A stretch of DNA of 64,000 nt from Oscillospiraceae bacterium (GTDB lineage: Bacteria > Bacillota > Clostridia > UMGS1883), in contig SVJW01000003.1 in NCBI GenBank assembly GCA_015068735.1, positions 9,735 through 73,734 of the forward strand, given 5' to 3'. Below, in pieces: positions 18,369 through 25,796 of the stretch. A model generated the notes under the pieces. That model ran no database searches and was not told the DNA's origin. It saw only the letters and a program-made list of their open reading frames with translations. Position numbers and translations under genes: made by a program. How positions within the stretch are numbered: the stretch's first letter is position 1; every line of letters begins with the position of its first letter.

Positions 18369-18863
18369 TTATCCATTTGCCAATTCTTCATCAACCATAC
18401 CGTAAAGGCGGTCTTCAATACTGCCATGGTCAATTCCTGTTGCCACAACAATCTCGCTGATAAGAATCTGTTTAGCGTTGGAGAGCATTTTCCTCTCTCC
18501 TGTGGAGAGACCTTTCTGCCTGTCACGAAGCATCAGACTCTTCACAACGGTAGAAACTTCAAAAATGTCGCCACTTTTAATTTTAACCATATTTTCACGG
18601 AAACGTTTGTTCCAATTCTGTATAACATCGGTTTCTGCTGTACGGAAATTATCGAGCACCTGTTCTGCCTGTGCTTTACAGATGACGTCACGCATACCAA
18701 CACCTGCCGCATTTTCTGTAGGAATCATAACCTTCATATCTCCGATAGGCATACGCATGACATAATACGACTGCATTTTTCCCAGAATTTCCTTCTGCTC
18801 AATATCCTCAATGACTCCTGCGCCATGCATAGGATACACAACGCTGTCACCAATTTTATACAT
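18369..18863 (-). CDS. carD: CarD-family transcriptional regulator
   Basis: The N-terminal Tudor-like RNAP-interaction region (YKIGDSVVYPMHGAGVIEDIE) is typical of CarD/CdnL. 164 aa. Confidence 0.88.
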   Translation of the reverse strand: MYKIGDSVVYPMHGAGVIEDIEQKEILGKMQSYYVMRMPIGDMKVMIPTENAAGVGMRDVICKAQAEQVLDNFRTAETDVIQNWNKRFRENMVKIKSGDIFEVSTVVKSLMLRDRQKGLSTGERKMLSNAKQILISEIVVATGIDHGSIEDRLYGMVDEELANG

Positions 18864-18908
18864 GATACGCCTCCGTCCTTGATCATTCCGTCATAAAACT
18901 ACAATATT

Positions 18909-18937
18909 ATTATAACACTTTCCGCTTTTTTTGTCAA
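18909..18937 (-). promoter_or_regulatory. Consensus SigA promoter of carD
   Basis: On the minus strand: TTGACA, 17 nt, TATAAT. Confidence 0.65.
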
Positions 18938-18958
18938 AGAGTTATTTTCAAAAATTAT

Positions 18959-19792
18959 CTAAAAAAGGGACTTACTCTCATGCTTATCCTCTATATACTT
19001 GTTAATTTCCGCGCCTATATAAAGAATATAAAAGCAGATAAAAAGCCACAGCATAAAGAATATGATAATGGACAAGCTTCCGTACAGATAAGAAAAGTCT
19101 GCCGCACTTTCAATATAGAAAGAGAAGATGGATGATGCCCCGACCCAGCCGATTCCGCTTGCAAATGCACCTGGAAGCTGAGTTCGCAGTTTTGCTTTTC
19201 TGTTGGGAATTATCATAAACATTCCCAAGAAAATCAAAGAAAGCACAACTATTCCCAATATCGTTTTGAGGCTTCTTACAAGAGGGGGCATTTTAAACAG
19301 CCATGGAACAAAACCTGCAACCCATGCAGTTATAGTATCTCCAAAAACGAAAAGGCTTAAACTTGCAATAAAAAGAACCATAAGAAGAAGTGTGTAGAAC
19401 ATACTTCCAAGTCTTACTATTACGAAGTTTCTCGTTTCCTTTGTGCAGAAAACCTGATTGAGACCATGCATCAGGGAGAAAACTCCGACAGATGCTGCCC
19501 ACAAGGTCATGATTGCCGTAACGGAAATAAGTGCGGTGCCGCTTTTTGAATAAGATTCTGTCAAGAAAGCCGTAACGAGCCCCTCAGTCCCTTTTGGGAA
19601 AACAGAAACCACCTGACTGAGGAGTTTTCCTTCCTCAATGGGAAGATATTTTATTACACTTATAAGCAGCATTATAAAAGGGACAAACGAAGCCATCATA
19701 AAAAAGGCAGCATGTGCACTGAGTGCACCTACACGGTCCTTTCTTACTCTGCCAATAATATCAAAAACAAATTTGAGAGTTTTTTTTATAAT
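18959..19792 (-). CDS. YihY/BrkB-family membrane protein (start codon uncertain, possibly non-canonical ATT/ATA)
   Basis: Multi-TM protein with a YihY-like N-terminus (VGALSAHAAFFMMASFVPF). A strong AAGGAGGGG SD at 19795-19803 is followed only by in-frame ATT (19792) and ATA (19789). The upstream in-frame TTG at 19846 lies in a hairpin. Confidence 0.6.
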   Translation of the reverse strand: MIKKTLKFVFDIIGRVRKDRVGALSAHAAFFMMASFVPFIMLLISVIKYLPIEEGKLLSQVVSVFPKGTEGLVTAFLTESYSKSGTALISVTAIMTLWAASVGVFSLMHGLNQVFCTKETRNFVIVRLGSMFYTLLLMVLFIASLSLFVFGDTITAWVAGFVPWLFKMPPLVRSLKTILGIVVLSLIFLGMFMIIPNRKAKLRTQLPGAFASGIGWVGASSIFSFYIESAADFSYLYGSLSIIIFFMLWLFICFYILYIGAEINKYIEDKHESKSLF

Positions 19793-19812
19793 AACCCCTC
19801 CTTTTTTATGAA

Positions 19813-19843
19813 AGAGGGAAAAATACCGTGTATTTTTCCCTCT
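19813..19843 (-). terminator. 13-bp hairpin between the CorC-type gene and the yihY-like gene
   Basis: AGAGGGAAAAATA-CCGTG-TATTTTTCCCTCT. There is no clean U-tract on the minus strand. Confidence 0.4.
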
Positions 19844-19848
19844 CAATA

Positions 19849-21135
19849 TTATTCGTCTTCCGGTTCTTCTTCTTTTGGGAAAACCTGTACCACCGCTTCC
19901 AAAACACGGTTGCTATCTGTTTTGGTAATGGTAATTTTAAGGTTTTCATGTTCAAATATATCGCCCTCATCAGGAATTTTTTCCAAGTTATGCGCCGCAA
20001 ATCCGCTGACGGTAGTTATATCTGAATCGTCATCCTCTTCCTCAAGCTCCAGCTCGAAGGTTTCGAGGAATTTGTCTATACTTGTACTTCCTAAAACGCG
20101 ATACTTGTCGTCAGAAATCTTTATTATATCCTCGACAACCTCGTCATGTTCGTCATAAATTTCTCCTACAAGGGATTCAATAACATCTTCCAAGGTTACA
20201 ATACCCTCGGTTCCGCCATATTCATCATTTACGACTACCATATGGCATTTGCTTTCCTGGAAAAGTCTGAGAAGTCTTGAAATCTTCATTGATGAGAATA
20301 TGAACTTAACAGGTTTTACAAGCTGCCCTACATCTGTGCTTCCATGGTTTGAAAAATCCTTATGATAAAGGATGCCCACAACATTATCTATTGTTTCCTC
20401 ATAAACAGGAAGTCTGGAAAATTCCGTCTCGGCAAAGACCTGAGCAATACGCTCTCTGTCCCAGCTTATATCAACAGCCGCCACGTCAACACGGGGCGTC
20501 AGAATGTCATTTACGTCAAGATCGCTGAACTTAATTACATTCTTAATAAGTTCACTCTCCTGTTCATCAATCTCTCCGCCTTCGGCTGCTTCCTCAACAA
20601 CGGTTATTATTTCATCCTCTGTCACCGAAACTTCTTCACCTTTGACAAATTTCATAATAAATTTTTGCCACAGGTTGAAAATTGCCGTAAAAGGTGTGAA
20701 AACTGTCATCAAAAATTCAATAGGCCCTGAAACTTTTTTTGAAAATCCATCTGCGGTACGCTTTGCAATTGTCTTGGGTGTGATTTCGCCGAAGGTCAGT
20801 ACAGCCAATGTCATTACAACCGTTGATACTGTTGCCGCAAGTGCCGGATCATCAATAAGGCTTGTAAAAAGAAGTGTAGCAATAGATGTTGCTACTATAT
20901 TTACGATATTATTACCAATAAGTATCGTAGATATCAGTTTTTCATAATTTTCGCCGATTTTGAGAACTCGGCGTGCCTTTTTTCCTTTTTTATCTTCCGC
21001 TTCACTTTTCATCTTCGCTTTGTTATAAGATGAAAGTGCAGTTTCCGATGCGCTGAAAAATGCGCTGAGTGCAATAAGCACAATAATTACTAATACGAAT
21101 ACCGGTGTGCTACTACTCCCGTTACTCCCGTCCAT
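19849..21135 (-). CDS. HlyC/CorC-family (CNNM) transporter: DUF21 + CBS pair + CorC_HlyC domain
   Basis: N-terminal TM helices, a CBS pair, and a C-terminal CorC domain with an acidic tail. The start was chosen at MDGSNG, after an AAGGAG SD. Confidence 0.85.
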   Translation of the reverse strand: MDGSNGSSSTPVFVLVIIVLIALSAFFSASETALSSYNKAKMKSEAEDKKGKKARRVLKIGENYEKLISTILIGNNIVNIVATSIATLLFTSLIDDPALAATVSTVVMTLAVLTFGEITPKTIAKRTADGFSKKVSGPIEFLMTVFTPFTAIFNLWQKFIMKFVKGEEVSVTEDEIITVVEEAAEGGEIDEQESELIKNVIKFSDLDVNDILTPRVDVAAVDISWDRERIAQVFAETEFSRLPVYEETIDNVVGILYHKDFSNHGSTDVGQLVKPVKFIFSSMKISRLLRLFQESKCHMVVVNDEYGGTEGIVTLEDVIESLVGEIYDEHDEVVEDIIKISDDKYRVLGSTSIDKFLETFELELEEEDDDSDITTVSGFAAHNLEKIPDEGDIFEHENLKITITKTDSNRVLEAVVQVFPKEEEPEDE

Positions 21136-21194
21136 TAGGACAATCACTCCTTTAAAGTTATGTAGATTTCGCAAAACTAAAGTTTTACGCCTAT

Positions 21195-21222
21195 ATTATA
21201 GCATAATTATATTTTTTGTCAA
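21195..21222 (-). promoter_or_regulatory. SigA-type promoter of the CorC-family gene
   Basis: On the minus strand: TTGACA, 16 nt, TATAAT. Confidence 0.55.
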
Positions 21223-21239
21223 GTGGAGATAAAATTTAA

Positions 21240-21262
21240 GACGGAGCACAATAGGCTCCGTC
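21240..21262 (-). terminator. Terminator downstream of metA
   Basis: Stem GACGGAGC..GCTCCGTC, followed on the minus strand by TTAAATTTT. Confidence 0.6.
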
Positions 21263-21267
21263 CTGTT

Positions 21268-22185
21268 TTACTTTATTTCCGTAATATCGAAAGGTGTACT
21301 CTGATATACAAAGTAGTTAAGCCAGTTGGAATAGATAAGGTTTGCGTGTCCTCTCCATGTTACAATAGGATCCTTTGTTGGGTCATCGTCGGGGAAATAA
21401 TTTTCGGGGACTTTAGGATTCATACCTGCCGCTTCGTCACGGAGATATTCTTTTTTCAACGTGTCACGGTCGTATTCGCTGTGTCCTGTTATGAAAATCT
21501 GCTTTCCCTTTGAGGTTGCAGCAGCGTAAAGCCCTGCCTTATCGGAAACAGAAAGGATTTTAATATCCTTGCACTTTTTTACATCCTCGATTTTTACCGT
21601 AGTATGCCTTGAATGCGGAACCATAAATTCATCGTCAAAGCCACGCATAAGCATAGGGTTTTTATAAACCACCTTATGACGGTATACGCCCGAAAGCTTC
21701 TCCTCCAAGGGGTATTTCTGTATTCCGTAATGGTAGTAGAGAGCCGCCTGCGCACCCCAGCAAATGTGGAATGTGGAGTGAACATTGGTCTTTGTCCATT
21801 CCATAATGGTACAAAGCTCTTCCCAATAATCCACCTCTTCAAATGCCATTTTCTCAACAGGAGCACCTGTTATTACGAAGCCGTCGAATTTCTGGTCCTT
21901 GATTTCGTCAAAGGTTTTGTAAAATGCCAGCATATGCTCTTCGGAAGTGTTTTTCGACTTATGCGAGCTTACCTGAACAAGCTCCACCTCTACCTGAAGA
22001 GGTGTGTTACCTAAAAGACGGGCAAGCTGTGTTTCTGTTTCGATTTTTGTGGGCATCAGGTTCAGAATTCCGATACGAAGGGGACGGATATCCTGGGTAG
22101 CTGCTCTTTTTTCGTTCATTACGAATATATTCTCATTGGCAAGTACTTTTGCCGCGGGAAGTTTATTGGGTATTTTTATGGGCAT
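21268..22185 (-). CDS. metA: Homoserine O-acyltransferase MetA (succinyl/acetyl)
   Basis: [19 protein letters not shown] is the canonical MetA N-terminus. 305 aa, with the catalytic Cys context ICWGAQAAL. Confidence 0.92.
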   Translation of the reverse strand: MPIKIPNKLPAAKVLANENIFVMNEKRAATQDIRPLRIGILNLMPTKIETETQLARLLGNTPLQVEVELVQVSSHKSKNTSEEHMLAFYKTFDEIKDQKFDGFVITGAPVEKMAFEEVDYWEELCTIMEWTKTNVHSTFHICWGAQAALYYHYGIQKYPLEEKLSGVYRHKVVYKNPMLMRGFDDEFMVPHSRHTTVKIEDVKKCKDIKILSVSDKAGLYAAATSKGKQIFITGHSEYDRDTLKKEYLRDEAAGMNPKVPENYFPDDDPTKDPIVTWRGHANLIYSNWLNYFVYQSTPFDITEIK

Positions 22186-22199
22186 GGTGCCACCTCGCT

Positions 22200-23483
22200 T
22201 CAGATAGTTTCAAGCGCCTGCTGAATGTCAGCAATAATGTCCTCATGCTCCTCAAGTCCGCAAGAAAAACGGATAAGGTCGGGAGCAACGCCTGCTGCAC
22301 GGAGTTCATCGTCATTCATCTGACGGTGAGTTGCGTTTGCAGGGTGCAAACAGCAAGTTTTAGAGTCTGCCACATGGGTTTCAATGGATGCAAGCTTAAG
22401 ATTCTTCATGAACTTTTCTGCCGCAGTTCTTCCACCCTTAACGCCAAAAGAAATTACACCGCAGGAGCCGCCTGGAAGATATTTCTGTCCAAGCTCATAG
22501 TTCTTATCACCCTCAAGCCCGCAGAAGCGTACCCATGTGATTTTTTCATGATTTTTAAGATATTCGGCAACTGCCTGAGCATTTTCGCAATGGCGAGCCA
22601 TTCTTACCTGCAAGCTTTCAAGTCCTAAGTTTACAAGGTAAGCATTTTGAGGAGACTGAATAGAACCAAGATCACGCATAAGCTGTGCAGTAGCCTTTGT
22701 TATATAAGCGCCCTCAAGTCCGAAGCGTTCAGTATAAGTAACGCCGTGGTAACTGTCATCGGGAGTGCAGAGTCCGGGGAATTTATCGGGGTACTTTGTC
22801 CAGTCGAACTTACCGGAATCTATGATACATCCGCCTACGCCACTTGCATGACCGTCCATATACTTGGTTGTGGAGTGGATGACAATATCTGCACCCCACT
22901 CGATGGGACGGCAGTTGATAGGCGTTGCAAAAGTATTGTCAACAATCAGCGGAACACCGTGTGCGTGTGCAACCTTCGCAAAACGCTCAATGTCAAGAAC
23001 ATCAAGGGCAGGGTTTGCAATAGTTTCGCCAAATACGGCCTTTGTGTTAGGACGGAATGCCGCTTCAAGTTCTTCATCGCTACAGTCGGGAGCAACGAAA
23101 GTAAATTCGATGCCCATTCTCTTCATTGTAACGGCAAAAAGGTTGAATGTTCCACCGTAGATAGCAGAGGAGGAAACAACATGATCACCGCAGGAAGCAA
23201 TGTTGAATACGCTGTAGAAAGATGCCGCCTGACCGCTGGATGTAAGCATAGCCGCAGAGCCGCCTTCAAGAGCCGCAATGCGTGCTGCTACGCAGTCATT
23301 GGTAGGATTCTGCAATCTGCTGTAAAAGTAACCGGAAGCCTCCAGGTCGAAAAGTTTGCCCATTTCTTCGCTTGTATCATATTTGAATGTAGTACTCTGA
23401 TAAATGGGTATCTGACGGGGCTCACCGTTTTTCGGAGTGTAGCCTGCCTGAATACATTTAGTACCTATTTTGTAATTTTTCAT
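22200..23483 (-). CDS. metY: O-acetylhomoserine sulfhydrylase / aminocarboxypropyltransferase
   Basis: Cys/Met-metabolism PLP family, with PLP-Lys context [10 protein letters not shown]. The N-terminus [15 protein letters not shown] is typical. The start MKNYK follows an AGAGG SD. Confidence 0.9.
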   Translation of the reverse strand: MKNYKIGTKCIQAGYTPKNGEPRQIPIYQSTTFKYDTSEEMGKLFDLEASGYFYSRLQNPTNDCVAARIAALEGGSAAMLTSSGQAASFYSVFNIASCGDHVVSSSAIYGGTFNLFAVTMKRMGIEFTFVAPDCSDEELEAAFRPNTKAVFGETIANPALDVLDIERFAKVAHAHGVPLIVDNTFATPINCRPIEWGADIVIHSTTKYMDGHASGVGGCIIDSGKFDWTKYPDKFPGLCTPDDSYHGVTYTERFGLEGAYITKATAQLMRDLGSIQSPQNAYLVNLGLESLQVRMARHCENAQAVAEYLKNHEKITWVRFCGLEGDKNYELGQKYLPGGSCGVISFGVKGGRTAAEKFMKNLKLASIETHVADSKTCCLHPANATHRQMNDDELRAAGVAPDLIRFSCGLEEHEDIIADIQQALETI

Positions 23484-23532
23484 AGTCATAACCTCTTTTC
23501 AAAAACGGAACTCTTTCCATTATATTATTGTT

Positions 23533-23562
23533 AGTATACCACTCAGAAAAACAGTTTGTCAA
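23533..23562 (-). promoter_or_regulatory. SigA-type promoter of metY-metA
   Basis: On the minus strand: TTGACA, 18 nt, TATACT. The 5' UTR is only about 45 nt. Confidence 0.55.
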
Positions 23563-23612
23563 TGTAAATGACGAATAAGAGTAAGAATTTTGAAAAAAAT
23601 AAAAAATAATGC

Positions 23613-23641
23613 TTGCAATTTCAGATAACATATGTTATTAT
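23613..23641 (+). promoter_or_regulatory. Promoter of tRNA-Arg
   Basis: TTGCAA, 17 nt, TATTAT, about 20 nt upstream of the mature tRNA 5' end. Confidence 0.5.
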
Positions 23642-23662
23642 AATCGTTGCAGTTTGATAAAT

Positions 23663-23739
23663 GTGCTTGTAGCTCAGTTGGATAGAGTATTTGGCTACGA
23701 ACCAAAGGGTCAGGGGTTCGAATCCCTTCAAGCACGCCA
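23663..23739 (+). tRNA. tRNA-Arg (anticodon ACG), CCA encoded
   Basis: Manual cloverleaf: acceptor GTGCTTG/CAAGCAC, D-arm GCTC..GAGT, anticodon stem TTTGG/CCAAA with loop CTACGAA, T-arm AGGGG-TTCGAAT-CCCTT, discriminator G, then CCA. Confidence 0.92.
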
Positions 23740-23742
23740 AAA
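23722..23742 (+). repeat. att-like direct repeat, copy 1 (3' end of tRNA-Arg)
   Basis: ATCCCTTCAAGCACGCCAAAA is repeated exactly at 23926-23946. Confidence 0.8.
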
Positions 23743-23782
23743 AGAACAGGTATTTACTTTAGTGAATATCTGTTCTTTTTTT
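23743..23782 (+). terminator. Terminator after tRNA-Arg
   Basis: Stem AGAACAG..CTGTTCT followed by TTTTTT. Confidence 0.65.
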
Positions 23783-23925
23783 GTTTATTTTCAAGGGGAT
23801 TCGAACCCTGAGAGGGCAACGAGCGTTAAAAAAACGATTGGCAATCGTTTTTAGCGAAGTTGATGCGAAGACGGGTACTGCACATTTATGTGCGGTCGTC
23901 GAGCAAGGCGATGCGCAGCAACGCT

Positions 23926-23946
23926 ATCCCTTCAAGCACGCCAAAA
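23926..23946 (+). repeat. att-like direct repeat, copy 2 (orphan duplicate of the tRNA-Arg 3' end)
   Basis: Exact 21-nt copy located 204 nt downstream of copy 1, followed by its own hairpin terminator. Confidence 0.8.
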
Positions 23947-23948
23947 GA

Positions 23949-23981
23949 AATCGCTTAACCATTAGGGTTAAGCGATTTTTA
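23949..23981 (+). terminator. Hairpin terminator after the duplicated tRNA 3' end
   Basis: AATCGCTTAACC-ATTAG-GGTTAAGCGATT followed by TTT. Confidence 0.6.
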
Positions 23982-24144
23982 TTATGTCTTCAATTTTTCT
24001 AAAAAAGTGTGCTTTCTAACAATTTTCTAACAAATTTCCGAAAGAGTGTTTTTTACTCTGTTTTAAGGTGTTTTTCACGCAAATAATTGAATTTTGCTTT
24101 AATATGTGGTAAAATTCTATCAAGACATTATTGGAGGACTTATT

Positions 24145-24528
24145 ATGGATAATAATGATAAGATTCAGATATTTGAAGATAAAAAAATCCGAACCGCATG
24201 GAACGAAGAAACCGAAGAATGGTATTTTTCAGTTGTTGATGTGGTATCTGTTTTAACAGATAGCAAAGATCCAACAGCATATTGGAGAAAGCTGAAACAG
24301 AGATTAAAAGCCGAAGGAAATGAAACCGTGACAAATTGTCACGGTTTGAAGATGACTGCAACTGATGGCAAAAAAAGACTTACCGATGTAGCTGATACTG
24401 AACAGTTACTCCGCATCATTCAGTCTATCCCCTCACTAAAAGCAGAACCATTTAAGATGTGGCTCGCTCAAGTTGGAAGAGAAAGAATAGAAGAAATAAA
24501 CAATCTGTATACATTTCAGGAGGGGTGA
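24145..24528 (+). CDS. Bro-N domain protein (phage antirepressor-like), apparently C-terminally truncated
   Basis: IRTAWNEETEEWYFSVVDVVSVLTDS..YWRKLKQRLKAEGNETVTNCHGLKM..KAEPFKMWLAQVGRERIEE matches the conserved Bro-N core. It ends at 127 aa, where I recall family members usually continuing. A GGAGG SD lies upstream. Confidence 0.7.
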   Translation: MDNNDKIQIFEDKKIRTAWNEETEEWYFSVVDVVSVLTDSKDPTAYWRKLKQRLKAEGNETVTNCHGLKMTATDGKKRLTDVADTEQLLRIIQSIPSLKAEPFKMWLAQVGRERIEEINNLYTFQEG

Positions 24529-24532
24529 TTCT

Positions 24533-24697
24533 ATGTCTGAAATTCATTTCGAATCTTCTTTGACAATAGAAGAAATAGACAGTAATTTTGAAAACATCGA
24601 CCTGTTTTCCGGGATTATGGAAGGATTAAACGAAGCCCTTGCTTATGAAAAAGACAAGGTTTTCAGAGAAACCCATACCAACAAAACATATAACTGA
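24533..24697 (+). CDS. Small hypothetical protein (54 aa), possibly an antitoxin/HTH-partner fragment
   Basis: ATG 6 nt after an AGGAGGGG SD. Translation is MSEIHFESSLTIEEIDSNFENIDLFSGIMEGLNEALAYEKDK... It was too short for the ORF track. Confidence 0.35.
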   Translation: MSEIHFESSLTIEEIDSNFENIDLFSGIMEGLNEALAYEKDKVFRETHTNKTYN

Positions 24698-24711
24698 GCC
24701 ATAAAAACATC

Positions 24712-24735
24712 CCGCCCTACGTGTTTGCAGGGCGG
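24712..24735. terminator. GC-rich hairpin (likely a terminator for the minus-strand remnant genes)
   Basis: CCGCCCT..AGGGCGG, followed on the minus strand by ATGTTTTTAT. Confidence 0.5.
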
Positions 24736-24837
24736 AATTACTATATCCGGAATATAACTATAATAAATTCTCAAGCAGCTGACCGAGCTTTCTCTTATAT
24801 TCCATACTAAGGTTCCGTGTTTCATTTTGTTTCCTCC

Positions 24838-25423
24838 TCAGTATTCGTAGTTCATTAGCATAGTTGAGTGTGTGTTATCGTCAATTACAAAGACCTTTCC
24901 TGTAGTAATTGGCGTTATGTTTAACACATACTCTTTTTCATATTCAGGCTCTTCCTGAGTATGAATGATTAGTTGTTTTCCATCTTTTTCAGACAAAGAA
25001 AAAACCTGTAGATAGTCTGAGCCAAAACAATCAACAACGCAGGCGCCTTAAGCGGTGAGATTTCGGCATCTTACGGCTTGTCGTCTTTATAAGGCACAAA
25101 GCCTTATTTCATCCTCCGCACCGAAATCTGTTCAAAATCTCTTACGTTTAAGGTCGAAGAATTTTAGAATAGCAGATTTTTGTTTCTGCAAGGCAAAAGC
25201 GGAGCAAATATTTTCTCATATTTGCGAGCATTTTAACACAGCAGAGGCGGAAATCCGCATTATAAAATCGTCTTCGTCGTTAATTGTTTTGGCTCTCTAC
25301 AGGCAGATTGTGTATCATCTCCCACATAAGTAGTTGGAGTGAGATGGGAATCTCTTCCTCTACACCTCGTGTTATGAATTTTTGATTGTTAAATATATCA
25401 ACACCTCCGATATACAGTTTCAT
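24838..25423 (-). pseudogene. DUF960-like gene disrupted by a 277-bp insertion
   Basis: The minus-strand N-terminal part (25423-25296) reads ..FNNQKFITRGVEEEIPISLQLLMWEMIHNLPVE. The C-terminal part (25018-24838) reads DYLQVFSLSEKDGKQLIIHTQEEPEYEKEYVLNITPITTGKVFVIDDNTHSTMLMNYEY*. Removing 25019-25295 restores one frame (PVEDYLQVF). The codon in the SD-appropriate position is ATA. Confidence 0.55.
25019..25295. mobile_element. MITE-like non-autonomous insertion with ~21-bp terminal inverted repeats and a highly structured interior
   Basis: The ends are GAGCCAAAACAATCAACAACG and CGTCGTTAATTGTTTTGGCTC. Internal nested stems include CCTTAA/TTAAGG, AGATTTCGG/CCGAAATCT, ATAAGGC/GCCTTAT and GCAAATAT/ATATTTGC. 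There is no credible ORF inside. Confidence 0.6.
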
Positions 25424-25515
25424 AGATATGATATATATTTTCAGAGGATTAGAAACCGAATAAAAAGGAAAAACAACAACATTTAAATATACTAACTGAA
25501 AGGAGTTGTTGCATC

Positions 25516-25710
25516 ATGTTTCAAAACGATTATGATGTACTGACGGCATACGAAGCTATGGATTATTTAGGTATTGGAGAAAACTCAATATATCGTCTTT
25601 TAAAAAGCGGTGAATTAGGGGCTTTCTGCATAGGAAGAACGTGGAAGATTCCCCGAAAAGAATTAGATAAATACATAGATAAAAGTGTAAGCAAAAATTT
25701 GAAAGGATGA
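25516..25710 (+). CDS. Excisionase-family / MerR-like HTH DNA-binding protein
   Basis: 64 aa. YEAMDYLGIGENSIYRLLKSGELGAFCIGRTWKIPRKELDKYI is the typical Xis-type HTH pattern. An AAGGAG SD lies upstream. Confidence 0.7.
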   Translation: MFQNDYDVLTAYEAMDYLGIGENSIYRLLKSGELGAFCIGRTWKIPRKELDKYIDKSVSKNLKG

Positions 25711-25759
25711 TATATGTATATATAAGTTATTGAATCTTATATGTAAAAACGCAAAGTAA

Positions 25760-25786
25760 AGAGGACTTCCGCTATGGAAGTCCTCT
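25760..25786. terminator. Bidirectional hairpin terminator
   Basis: AGAGGACTTCC-GCTAT-GGAAGTCCTCT, located between the convergent xis-like and DUF4340 genes. Confidence 0.65.
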
Positions 25787-25796
25787 GTTCTTTGTC

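Larger units (their letters stand above)
23743..25790. mobile_element. Decayed integrated element / integration hotspot downstream of tRNA-Arg (no integrase retained)
   Basis: Duplicated tRNA 3' end, a truncated Bro-N gene, a disrupted DUF960-like gene, a lone Xis-like HTH gene, and visibly AT-rich sequence. Confidence 0.55.

Noticed and set aside
23490-23662. An expected SAM riboswitch or Met T-box upstream of metY-metA.
   Set aside because: - The distance between the promoter-like TTGACA-18-TATACT and the ATG is only about 45 nt.
- I saw no SAM-I or T-box conserved blocks on either strand.
- The absence is noted but not treated as a finding without a covariance-model scan.
23787-23835. A possible second tRNA gene on the minus strand (GGGTTCGAATCCCC T-loop-like sequence).
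   Set aside because: - Only a 3-bp T-stem can be drawn.
- There is no matching acceptor stem, anticodon arm or CCA.
- It is most likely a tRNA 3'-fragment scar from old integration events.
24013-24040. A shared CTTTCTAACA word at 24013-24022 and 61620-61629, considered as a common att or regulatory site linking the two mobile regions.
   Set aside because: It is only a 10-mer in AT-rich DNA with no similarity in the flanks, which is compatible with chance.
25055-25333. A 92-aa plus-strand ORF inside the MITE-like element, and the 60-aa minus-strand ORF at 24643-24825.
   Set aside because: - The 92-aa ORF has no SD.
- Both have implausible composition.
- The first spans the nested hairpins and terminal repeat of the insertion.
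- The second runs through a terminator hairpin.
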